A DNA stretch of 61,264 bases, filler included, from Globobulimina sp. (taxonomy: Eukaryota): the NCBI GenBank assembly GCA_003354225.1. It is 20 parts of 20 records of this genome, joined end to end, with 100 filler letters (N's around TTAATTAATTAA, not from the genome) between each part and the next. Parts side by side here need not be neighbours in the genome. Positions count along the whole stretch, not along the records: positions 30,693 to 33,660 come from PIVH01004199.1; positions 33,761 to 36,728 come from PIVH01004200.1; positions 36,829 to 39,796 come from PIVH01004201.1; positions 39,897 to 42,864 come from PIVH01004202.1; 16 more parts are not named here. One strand, given 5' to 3'. The notes below the pieces were generated by a model, which worked only from the letters and a program-made list of their open reading frames with translations, made no database searches and was not told the DNA's origin. The position numbers were made by a program, and so were the translations under genes. This document shows, one piece after another, positions 31,978 through 42,964 of this stretch (the stretch's first letter is position 1; each line of letters begins with the position of its first letter).

Positions 31978-33525
31978 ATGTCAACCATGCAGATGTTAAT
32001 GTCATTAATAATATCAATTTTGTCAACACTTATTATCCATCCTAATCTAGCTCAAATAACACCAACTTCATCGAATGCAACTTCTGAATTATATACATTT
32101 GCTGTAAATTCAACCACATTTCAAAATGGTAATATCACTTGTAACAAATCATTATGCAGCATAATATGTGACATATCGATGGGATGTGAAGGGCTCTCAA
32201 TCAATGCAAATCAATCTGATATATTAACATTAACGTGTTCACACACTGACTCATGCAGAAATTTAATAATTTCAGCCAGTGCCCAAGCATCCACACACAT
32301 ACAATGTGCTGCTGTATCAGCCTGTTCTGCTGCTTATTTTAATATAAACTCTCGGTTCGTTGATATTTCCTGCAGTGACCCATCAGCAACAATATCCTCT
32401 GTAGCCTCCTCAGCACCATGCGGTTATACATCGATTAACACATCAAAATCAAGTTATGTCTCAGTAACGTGTGCCTCAGATTGGTCATGTTATCGTTTGG
32501 AGCTACATTGTCCACTAAAGAATGGTAACTGTAATGTCCAATGTGATGCTTCAGTGACCCATTCCTGCCGTGACATTGCCATATTTACACCAAATGAAAA
32601 AACGATTGATCTCAAATGTGGTACTGCTGCTAATACATGTTTAGATGCAAAGGTTTTTTGTGTGAATACTGGCTTGTCATCAAACTCCCGTTTAATATAT
32701 GATAATACGATCACAGAATGGAAATGCGCGTCTGATGATTGCTGCCCTTTTGCATCCATCGGCTCGTCCAATATTGCAACATCGCAGTCGTTGGATATTT
32801 GGATAGTTGTTGTGATTATAGCGGGGGTCGTTGGTGTATTATTTGTGTGTTGCGTAAGTTGTAGATATAGAAAAACGACAGAAACTAATTTATCATTTAA
32901 AACTAATATGACCGGGCATTCACGCATTACACGCACTGTATCTGATGTTGACACAGAAATGGATAAAGTGAATGCAATAAAGATGCAAAAAAGTAATGAA
33001 GATGTGTACATGTACAATGATGATGGGATAAAACAAGAAGAAGAACAGCAGAAAGCAGTGATAGTCGCAGTATCCAACGATATCGATGTTCCTGAAGTGA
33101 ACAAACAAGACAGCGAAGATATGTACACATGTAACATAAAAACATATGGAATAACAACTGATTCTGGAAAAACAAATATGGGAAATAATTATAATACAAA
33201 AATGAGCACAATCACTGAAAAAAAAGGAGAAAACAACGAAAATGAGGAGGTATTAAAATTATTGCCATTAAATGTAAATGAATGGGATTTCCAGCATATT
33301 TTGAAATGGATAATAACAATCAATGAGGGACATTTTAACAAATATGAAAATATATTATTTCAAACATTATCGGAACAGAATGTGTGCGGGAAAGATTTGC
33401 AAAATTTGGACAAAAATGATTTGTTGTCATTTGGAATAAAAATCTTTGGTGATAGGATTCAACTGTTTCAGCAGATAAATAATCTCATCAATCCACAGAA
33501 TGATGATGAAGGAAAAATATTATAA
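31978..33525 (+). CDS. Type I membrane protein: signal peptide, Cys-rich ectodomain, TM helix, C-terminal SAM domain
   Basis: Signal MLMSLIISILSTLII; repeated xxCxxxxxC units; TM IWIVVVIIAGVVGVLFVCC; SAM WDFQHILKWI...GKDL..LDKNDL.SFGIK.FGDR. Confidence 0.85.
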   Translation: MSTMQMLMSLIISILSTLIIHPNLAQITPTSSNATSELYTFAVNSTTFQNGNITCNKSLCSIICDISMGCEGLSINANQSDILTLTCSHTDSCRNLIISASAQASTHIQCAAVSACSAAYFNINSRFVDISCSDPSATISSVASSAPCGYTSINTSKSSYVSVTCASDWSCYRLELHCPLKNGNCNVQCDASVTHSCRDIAIFTPNEKTIDLKCGTAANTCLDAKVFCVNTGLSSNSRLIYDNTITEWKCASDDCCPFASIGSSNIATSQSLDIWIVVVIIAGVVGVLFVCCVSCRYRKTTETNLSFKTNMTGHSRITRTVSDVDTEMDKVNAIKMQKSNEDVYMYNDDGIKQEEEQQKAVIVAVSNDIDVPEVNKQDSEDMYTCNIKTYGITTDSGKTNMGNNYNTKMSTITEKKGENNENEEVLKLLPLNVNEWDFQHILKWIITINEGHFNKYENILFQTLSEQNVCGKDLQNLDKNDLLSFGIKIFGDRIQLFQQINNLINPQNDDEGKIL

Positions 33526-33760
33526 TGTCATGATCATATTCCATATTTTCCAACCTGAGCAGAAGATCTGCTTATTTTGAGTTTGTTTATTGTTTGTATG
33601 TTTGAAGTGAAAAACTCTGTGTGTTTGAAACTTCATCAACTTTCCTTTCTCAACCATTCTNNNNNNNNNNNNNNNNNNNNNNNNNNNNNNNNNNNNNNNN
33701 NNNNTTAATTAATTAANNNNNNNNNNNNNNNNNNNNNNNNNNNNNNNNNNNNNNNNNNNN

Positions 33761-34829
33761 CTCCAAAATTAAATAAGGAGCTCGTAGTGTTGTCATAATG
33801 TTTATTTGCAGCCTGATATGGTATAGAACTGTCGGTCACAACTAATTCTGTGCCATACTCCAATGATAATGCAACATACAATGAATTGCCATGGAAATTG
33901 TTAATATTTGTTGCGGTAATCCTATGTTGCGGTAATTTCAATATTGGATTATGCGGAATTATATCTTGTATAAAGGCATGCTTGCAGTACATATTACTTA
34001 TTATTACATCATCAATGGATATTACCCCTCTTTGAGTGGTTACAAAATTATGATCCATGAAAATGTGTGACAAATTCGACTGTCTTATTTCATTAAATAA
34101 GTTCTGTCCAGTTGTGTTAATAAATGATGATGAGCTACAATTCGAATTTTCATAACTAATGTTAATAAACAACGCATTGGAAAAAAGAACTTCTGCTCCA
34201 TGAATAATTGAGTTATGCTGTTGATCTGTGCATACTGCAGAAATATTTGCAAATGAGCACCCTTCGTAACATGAAAAAGTTGACATAGAGGACTCTGAGT
34301 AATATATACCTTTTGGGAATAGATCAATATCTCGATTAAAAATTATATTATCAATGTGTAAATTGAAAACAGTCATTGTGCCATCAAATTGAAATAGATA
34401 CTTTTGTTGGTCGTTGTTAAACTTACCACTGATTGATATATCATGACAAATTGAAGGATACCAATCAGTCATTGATTCAATAAACTCCGAGTCAAACCGC
34501 AGGTTTATATATGTAAACGTTGATAGAAAAGATGAATTTATCTGCGACAGAGGGACAATGAGACATGGATGATATTCAATTATCGCTTCATTGTAATAAA
34601 CTTCAATTTGTGAAACATTTTGCCCGTATATTTGCACAAAAGAAGTGCAGTTATTGTAGAATGAGGCATAGTATAATGTGCCACATGCGTTGTCGACTGA
34701 TGAGCCACAGCCAGGATAATCTCTTCCATTTGAATGCACAATCAACTCACTATTATTGCATTTAACACCGACTGATGGTGACAAATTGGAATACAGAAAC
34801 GCCAACAATATAAAGAAGAAAGCGTGCAT
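33761..34829 (-). CDS. Secreted or surface protein, likely parallel beta-helix (pectin-lyase-like), 3' partial
   Basis: Signal peptide MHAFFFILLAFL; VHSNGRDYPGCG...ACGTL..A cap motif; N/S/I-rich beta repeats. Confidence 0.65.
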
Positions 34830-34982
34830 GATGGATGAATTTTGTTTTTTTTCTGTCAACTAAGTGTCAGCATTCAACCACTCAGCATTCTGTCATCACT
34901 CAGCAGAAATTGAACCACTAAGAGTCGCTTTTGAATAATTGAATTATAGCATTATTTACTAGCTAGTTGATTAAATAGCAAC

Positions 34983-36728
34983 ATGTCCAGCACCACTGGC
35001 TATCCATTTTTAGGAAAAGAACAAATCGATGAATTTTTATGGTTGGTTATATTGGGTGGCTTCGTATGCTTTGCAATGGTCTGTCTCCATCACCGCATAG
35101 GTAACAGGTAACCAATTTTTATAAAAGTGTTACCGGTTTCATATAATTTACAAAATACAAACAATTGTACAACCATCAACAAATACAATCACACAATCTC
35201 AGGCATGGGGAATAGGAGCCAATGATGTTGCAAATGTACGTACAAACAGTTTATATATTCCTCTCCGTTTTTCTTTTCCGTAACAGCATGTTTTTATGCA
35301 CGTTTCCAGGCATTTGGCACCTCCGTAGGTTCGAGAGCAGTCACTCTAAAACAAGCAGCAGTCATAGCTGGCATATTTGAGTTCGTTGGTGCCGTTGGTT
35401 TGGGTGCCACCGTAACCAAAACTGTACGAAAAGGAATTGTAAATTTTGATTTATTCGAAGGTGAAGAAGATATATTAATGTTAGGGATGTTTTGCGCATT
35501 ATTAAGTGCTGCCATGTGGTTAATATTAGCCACCAAATATGCATTGCCAGTCTCTACCACACAAAGCATTGTCGGTGCCATTGCTGGATTTGGTATGCAA
35601 TATGTTAACTAATTTAATTTCAGTGCGAAAACCTCTGTCCATCCGATTTCGACTAGTACTCTGCATTAATTTTAGTGCACTAATCTTGTATTCATACGCC
35701 ATGCATCTGCATAATAATATAATTTATAAACAGCGCTGGCAGCAAAAGGACCGGCGGCTGTAAACTGGGTAGGAACGCGAGACGAGAATGGAAATTTGGA
35801 AAAATATAATGGCATATTATTTATAGCCATATTCTGGATTTTGTCCCCATTCTTCGCCGCGATTGGATCCGTTTCGTTTTTCTTTCCGATTCGAAATTTA
35901 TTAATACGGCGAGCTGATTCATACAAACAAATCTTGCGATATTGGCCAATCTTTGTATTTGTAGTGGCTTTTATAATGGCTTTGTTTTTAATCATTAAAG
36001 GATTAAAACGATTGGCGTTTGATTACGAGGAACAGTTAGGTTTATCATTTGTTGTTACCTCGGCCATTGCCTTTGGTGTCGCATTGATTGCTTATTTCGC
36101 ACTGATATATACCGGTGCTGTTGATAAATATGTCCATAAATCATTGGGTTTGACCAAACAGAGTGGAGCTGACAGCGACAATAAGTCAGCGACAGCGGTA
36201 GTGACTGCTGATGCAGTTGGCATTGAAATGACTAATGCAGAAAATGAAGAGAAAGCTAAGGAGGTCGCAGTCGAATCCAAGGTCAACAAAGTAAGCTTAT
36301 CCAAAGCACAAAAGTTATTTAAGAAAGCAGGGCATGGAGTTAATGTGGACATTCATGATGATTTAGGTGAGTTGGAAACGGCGATCAGAAACAATGCAGA
36401 GAAATTTGATAAGAAAACGGATAAAGCATTTGCATGGCTACAAGTCTGTACAGCGTCATTGGGGATATTTGCTCATGGTTCCAATGATGTGGCTAATGCG
36501 GTTGCTCCATTTGCAGCAATGATCGGTCTTTATATGACCGGAGAAGCACAGAAAGAGGTATCAGTGCCAGAGTGGGTGTTAGTTATCGGTGCGATTGGAA
36601 TGGTGACTGGTTTGAGTACGTATGGTTATAAAGTGATGAGGTGTTTGGGTGTTAGGATGGCTCCGATGTCCTGTTCTAGAGGGTATTGCATTGAATTGTC
36701 GTCGTCGTTGGTGGTTATATTGGCGTCG
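34983..36728 (+). CDS. PiT/PHO4 (SLC20) phosphate symporter, 3' partial; introns 35079-35202, 35236-35309, 35593-35733
   Basis: Spliced AWGIGANDVANAFGTSVGS, LPVSTTQSIVGA, FAHGSNDVANA and GYKVM..LG. Confidence 0.95.
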
Positions 36729-36828
36729 NNNNNNNNNNNNNNNNNNNNNNNNNNNNNNNNNNNNNNNNNNNNTTAATTAATTAANNNNNNNNNNNNNNNN
36801 NNNNNNNNNNNNNNNNNNNNNNNNNNNN

Positions 36829-37225
36829 GTTTAGAATTGAAGGGGCGCGTTTTTCGTTGTGCAATTTGTTGTTTTCGTGTATTGTATGTTTGTAGCAATT
36901 CGCTATTTGTCTTCAATTTGTCACATGTTACGGATATATTCAACAGAAAATCTATGCATTCGTTTTTTCGTTCTATCACTTCAAGAACTGTGATATATTC
37001 CAATTCATCATAATCTATGATTGGAAATCTTTTCTCCATTTCGGATTTTGATACAACTTCACTTTGTTTCGGTTGTCCAATATGGAGCAACATTTCTGAT
37101 GATATGTTGACATTTTGTTTGTTTAAACACGTTTCCACGGAATCTATAGGTTTAATATTCTGTGTTGTGTTCATATGATTTGATTGGTTCTCATCCAATA
37201 TATTGTTAAGTTTGTATACAAACAC
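36829..37225 (-). CDS. Hypothetical protein, 3' partial
   Basis: Open frame to the contig end; no motif recognised. Confidence 0.3.
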
Positions 37226-37296
37226 TCATAATTAATAATTTATTATGAACAGTTGAAATTGAATATACTTAACAGATAAAAAACTATAACGACAGT

Positions 37297-37749
37297 ATGC
37301 GATTTCTATGTTGCAGAGGTAATGTGAGTGAAGACGAGAAACGCAGACTATTAATCCAAGCAATTCGGAAAAGTATTGAAAAGGGGAAATATAAGAAATT
37401 ACAAAAATTAGTTCCGCAAATGGATGCAACTATATTAGATACTCAAGTATCTGTACAAACACATTGGACCAGATTTATTCAAATTGCAGTGAATAAAGCT
37501 CTGCTAAATCATAAAAACAGACCCAGATATCTTCAAATTGCCAGACTTTTATTAGAAAATGGAGCAGATAGTAGTTTAACTGACGAATTTGGTCATGTGT
37601 GCCACGATGACATCGATAAATGTTCTCAATTGATTCAATTATTTGTAGAATATGGATATAAAGGACCATTCCTGGATTTGATAGAAGACTTTGAAGAAGA
37701 TGAGAAAACTACGCAAAAAGGAAAAAACAACAAAATCCAACCACAGTGA
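37297..37749 (+). CDS. Small ankyrin-like protein
   Basis: LQIARLLLENGADSSLTDEFGH; N-terminal CC could be palmitoylated. Confidence 0.65.
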   Translation: MRFLCCRGNVSEDEKRRLLIQAIRKSIEKGKYKKLQKLVPQMDATILDTQVSVQTHWTRFIQIAVNKALLNHKNRPRYLQIARLLLENGADSSLTDEFGHVCHDDIDKCSQLIQLFVEYGYKGPFLDLIEDFEEDEKTTQKGKNNKIQPQ

Positions 37750-37964
37750 TATAAATTGTAAATCACAAGCAAACAACTTGCGAAGATGTAGCACTTCTTG
37801 TTTTTGACGTAATATTTATAAACCAAAGATAAAATGTCTTCGCTGCCATTGTGTTAAATTTAGCAAAATTATAAAGTTTTGGGGTTTTCAAAGTATAAAT
37901 TTAGCAACATATAAATTTAGTACATTTTGTTCCTCATCAACATATAAAAATATCAACTTCAAAT

Positions 37965-39538
37965 ATGGTATGTTTGATGCACTTTTATGATCAAATCACA
38001 TGATTAAAAGAGCAGAAAATACATACACAGTCTGAAATAGCAACGTTAACACAGATAGATTCTCTAATTTCTGTCATTCAAGCACTGAATAACCAACAAT
38101 CCAAATGCCAAGAAACAAAACACGATGACGCTGATATATGTTTATATCATTCTAGATCTACATCAAAATCGCAATCACATTCACATTCACATTCATCAAT
38201 TCCGAAAATAGATATTCATAATCACATTTTACCAAAACATATTCCCGATTTTCGTGCTGAATTTGGTTATGGTGACGATTTCATTACACTTAAACATGAC
38301 GCAGATAATCCAGGAACTGTTACGTGTCTCATTCTATTCTATTCTATTCTATAATTAATAGTAAGTGCAAGGATATCGATCCATTTAAATACGATATAAA
38401 TTAACAGGCTCAAATGTGGAAAGGAGGTAATTTCTTTCGTGAAATCGATGAAAAATGTTGGTCCCCAGAAGCACGCTTAAAAGATATGGACGCAGACAAT
38501 GTTCGCGTTCAAATATTATCCACAGTGCCAGTAATGTTTAGTTATTGGGCCAAAGCTCACGACACATTACGTGTGGCACAATATATTAATGATGATATTG
38601 CCGCGCAATGCAAGCGATATCCGCGAAGATTTATTGGTTTAGGTCTGTTCACGCACTGCTTCTGTTTTTAATAATGTTATCGTACTCGAATGCAACTGAA
38701 TGACCGCAAAACAGCTTCATTCGAATACAGATTATTGTACACATTCAGTGTTATTCTACGTATATAAACATTCAGTGTTTGACATGTACAAAAAGGCACA
38801 TTGCCAATGCAGAATACTGCGTTGTCAGTGCAAGAGCTGCGACGTTGTGTTTTAAAATTAGGATTAGTTGGAATTGAGATAGGATCGCATATTGAAAAAT
38901 GGAATTTAGATCATCCGCGTTTCTATGCATTATGGGCAGAAGCAGAGAAATTGGGTGCAATCATATTTGTACATCCATGGGATATGATGGGCTTTAATGA
39001 CATGCAAAAATATTGGTTGCCGTGGTTAGTATCCATGCCGGCAGAGTCGAGCAGAGCTATTTGTTCGTTAATGTTTGGTGGGATCTTTGACAAATATCCA
39101 GACTTAAAATTTTGTTTCGCGCACGGCGGCGGGTCCTTTGCTCACACGATTGGCCGAATAAATCATGGTTATCAGTGCAGACCGGATTTAATTCAGGTCA
39201 ATATATCTGGCGATGAGCACGAACCGTATACGTATTGTGGCAAATTCTGGGTTGATTCTTTGGTGCATGACAACAATGCGTTTGATTATTTGGTCTCTGT
39301 CGTTGGGAAACAGAGAATTCTTTTGGGCACAGATTATCCCTTTCCTTTGGGAGAGTGCTATCCGTTGAAACAATGTGGTGATTTGGTAGAAAATCATCCG
39401 CACTTTAATGAAAAGGAGAAAATGGATATGTTATGGTATAATGGATTGGAATTTGTTGGTAAAAATGAATCTGATTTTATTGATCCTGATGAAAATGATG
39501 AGGAACAGACAAAACATTGCAGCGAACATACAAAATAA
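37965..39538 (+). CDS. ACMSD: 2-amino-3-carboxymuconate-6-semialdehyde decarboxylase; about 4 exons, first coding exon apparently ATG only (intron 37968-38030)
   Basis: [15 protein letters not shown]...CW...R..DMD...[43 protein letters not shown] and [12 protein letters not shown]. Confidence 0.95.
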
Positions 39539-40003
39539 TTGAAAATATACAGCATAAATATATTGTTAGCATAAAATATACAGTTTAGAATCGTGATCAC
39601 CTTTACATAATACGCATAAATATTTTATTCTATATCTTCTTTATTTCTTTTTTTGTTGAGTTTTTTGTTAAGCATTACTTTTATTTTATTTTAGGTCGCT
39701 TTCACAGAATTTCACAGACATTTTTGTTAATCATGCTAAATCCTGCAGTCGACAGTTGTGAAAAACAGCATAATTTGACCATCTAGTTTGAAGTAANNNN
39801 NNNNNNNNNNNNNNNNNNNNNNNNNNNNNNNNNNNNNNNNTTAATTAATTAANNNNNNNNNNNNNNNNNNNNNNNNNNNNNNNNNNNNNNNNNNNNGAGT
39901 TTCCCATAATTTTTGTTGCAATAAAAAGGTGGTTTGAAAAACTTTTTTAAAGTGAGCCAGTCTCAACTTAGCAATCCTGGCTGAAGACAGAAACACAGCA
40001 AAT

Positions 40004-42415
40004 ATGTCAGGAACAGAGAAACAAAATCGAGAAGTCCATCATGATATTTCTGGTAATGTGAGCACAGAACACAGTGAAGAAGTGCCAGATGTATGTATAA
40101 TATGTACACAACACCACAAAAACACACCTATATAATATAATATATCCAGCTCTATGTATGCTTGGATGAGTGTTATATTTATTCAACGACGGGTGATGGC
40201 AACGGCTATCCACGCGATGATGCAGATATATTATACGACACCATCCCGGATGAAATATTACAACTCGAAGTGGAAAATCGCAAAGAAAAATACGTTTGGT
40301 GCGTCAAGCCGGTGGAAGGCTGGGTATTTTTGCCTGAGTTCGATGTCCAATATGATTGGGCCGATTTAGATGACATATACCAAGCTAAAAAACGTATTCG
40401 CGACCATGAGAGAAAGAAAGAAGAGGGCGATGTCGATGTCGATGTCGATGAAGATGGTTATGCCATGTCAGAGATTGACGAAAAAACCGAAGTCGCGGAG
40501 GAATATGGTGGGATCAACAAAGGCGGCAAAACCGACGATTCTCATTTACTCATTTCTGAGGATCGCAGAAATTATAAAAAACAAAGAATTATGATGCAAA
40601 CCATAGCGCCGGAAATTGAAACTGAACCAAACAAAGCAATGCAAATTCCAATTATCGCCTGGTTGGTTTTTTTTTTTCGGCGTAGTCCATTTTTACCAGC
40701 TTTGATATATAAACACTACGCAATTTCGCAACACGTAAATAAAACTAAAAAGGTTTAATTATCTTAATTATCCAATTGGTGATCGAGATTATCATAGCAT
40801 ACGACGTGTACTCCGACGGCCGCTTAGCATACGAGATCTTCAAGAGTGACGAAAACCTTTTGTTCATGATCTCGTCCGCCTTCATAGTGGCGCCGTACGT
40901 GATTGCCTGGACGGCGGCGTCGGCGATGAATGCCAAGAAACTCAAACAACGGCAAAACAACGTCTGCCAAATCATCGGCTGCATGCTGTTCAACATCGCG
41001 CCGATCGGCATTTTCTTCTTGCTGTTGGTGGACGTGTACCATTTGTTCGAGTGCGTTTTCATCAAACCGATTTTCTACTTATTTACGTGCGGCAAACAGA
41101 TCCGCACCATCAGCTACGGCGAGTTGGGCTATTACAAACTGCGGCGAGTCAGCGAGATCTTCGCCGAGGCCATGCCGCAGGCCGTGCTGCAACTTTACAT
41201 ATTGATTTCTGGCGGATCCGGCTGTTCGGACTGCACGCCGTTCAGCGTGATCTCGGCGTTGGTGTCGTCCTTCTTCGTGCTGCTGCTGTGGTGCACCATC
41301 ATTAAGTTTGAAGGGAAGAAGAACGGAATGGGCTTCGTCGAGTACGTGACGGTGATCTTCCAGGGCAGCTTCAACTTCGTGGAGATGCTGCCGGCCATCG
41401 AGCGAGGCACCAAGACGGGCATGAAAGTGAATTGGACCATGTACAAGTTCGACGATTCCGGCGTGGGCCACGTGGCCAAGGCGTTGAATGGGCCGTCGTG
41501 CCGGCTGAGCCTGTTGAAAATCAGCACGTATACCATTAAGGACTTGAACCGCTTCGGCTGCCGCTTTTTGGGCGGCGCCCTGTCGCAGAAGGAAGGCGTG
41601 GACGTCATTGTGAGCCGGCTGGAGGAGGAAATCATTGCTCTGTTCGACAAATACGACGTGGACGAGGGCAAATCGTTGGACTTCGAGGAGTTCGTGCATT
41701 TGTGCCTGGACATCAAGCAAAATATGCGAGAGCCGTGCCTGCGTTCGGACGTGTTCCTGATTTACGAGGAGTTGGCGGACAGCGTGCAGCACGAAGTGTG
41801 GCAGTTGGATTTGCAGATTAAGATCAAGTCGAGTTTGGCCTACATCGGGCTGTTGGATTATAAGTTGCCGCTGCAGCATGCTTTCGAGACTGCCGACTTG
41901 AAAATGATTTCCTTGCTCATGGCGCACCAATACGACCAGCACAGCGAGGCCAACGCGTTGGAGTTCGACTATTGTGTGGCTGAGGCGGTCACGACGGGGA
42001 AGATCCGCGAAGCGCTCTGTCTGTGCGAACACAAAGGAGTGCCCGTCGTGGTGCGCATGGAGATCGGCCGCGACTTAATGGCGTGCGACGACGACGGCGC
42101 CTCCGATCCGTACGTCCGAGTGTCCATTTTCGACGAACAGAAACAGACTAATTATCGCAAACAAACTTTGAATCCGAATTGGGAGGAAAATCTGTTATAC
42201 ATCCTGCCCTTCGAATATATGAACCGCGTGTTGCATAACCAAAACTTCCAGCAGTCGATCGCCAATTTGCGAGAGGACGAACAGGGCGGCGATATGGATA
42301 ATTTCTTTAGTTCGGGCAAACAGAGCCAAACAACGCGCGGCAAATCGTACGCGGCCATCGATATCGGGCAGTCGGTGGTGGCCGGGCTGTCGATGCCGAA
42401 ATATGCGCAGATCGC
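40004..42415 (+). CDS. XK-related membrane protein with EF-hand and C2 domains, 3' end lost; introns 40091-40149 and 40682-40752
   Basis: Spliced frame is continuous. XK-like YDVYSD...EIFAEAMPQAVLQLYI; EF-hand DVDEGKSLDFEE; C2 GRDLMACDDDGASDPYVRV...KQTLNPNWEE. Confidence 0.75.
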
Positions 42416-42417
42416 CA

Positions 42418-42864
42418 TTGGAATCAAGACAATTTTCCCAATACTTTTCCAACGCTTCATGAGCTTCTCTCACTTGCTCCAAAGCAAATTGCGCACCGAT
42501 TCGAATTGTTAACTAAATATATCCGCATAAATTATATTTCATAATTGCTTTTATTACATTTAATACAAGAAAAAACAAATAACTTTTTTCCCTGCAATCC
42601 ATTTCTTTTTCTTGTTTTGTTCTGCAAAAGTCCTTTAACGTTGGCCTTGTCATAAAAACACTTCCCTGTCGACATAATGTCAATGGATCCACTGCCTCCA
42701 CCGCACCCGAAGCATTTCCAAAATAAACCATCATTCCCCGAACAGCACAACATCACATTTCCTCTTATTTGTTATTTGCATCACTTTCTCGTAAAAACTT
42801 GTCTCTTTATACATAATCACATAATCTGCACCATTTTCCAATGCTATTTGTCTCTTTCTTTCAT
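42418..42864 (-). pseudogene. Quinone oxidoreductase (zeta-crystallin/QOR) 3' fragment with deletions and frameshifts
   Basis: ALENGADYVI.Y, GMMVYFGNASG, GSVFMTRPTL, FALEQVREAHEALE and IGKIVLIP fall in shifting frames, with conserved intervening parts missing. Confidence 0.75.
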
Positions 42865-42964
42865 NNNNNNNNNNNNNNNNNNNNNNNNNNNNNNNNNNNN
42901 NNNNNNNNTTAATTAATTAANNNNNNNNNNNNNNNNNNNNNNNNNNNNNNNNNNNNNNNNNNNN

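Noticed and set aside
41079..42032. 317-aa antisense ORF
   Set aside because: Shadow of the GC3-rich sense gene; no recognisable motif.
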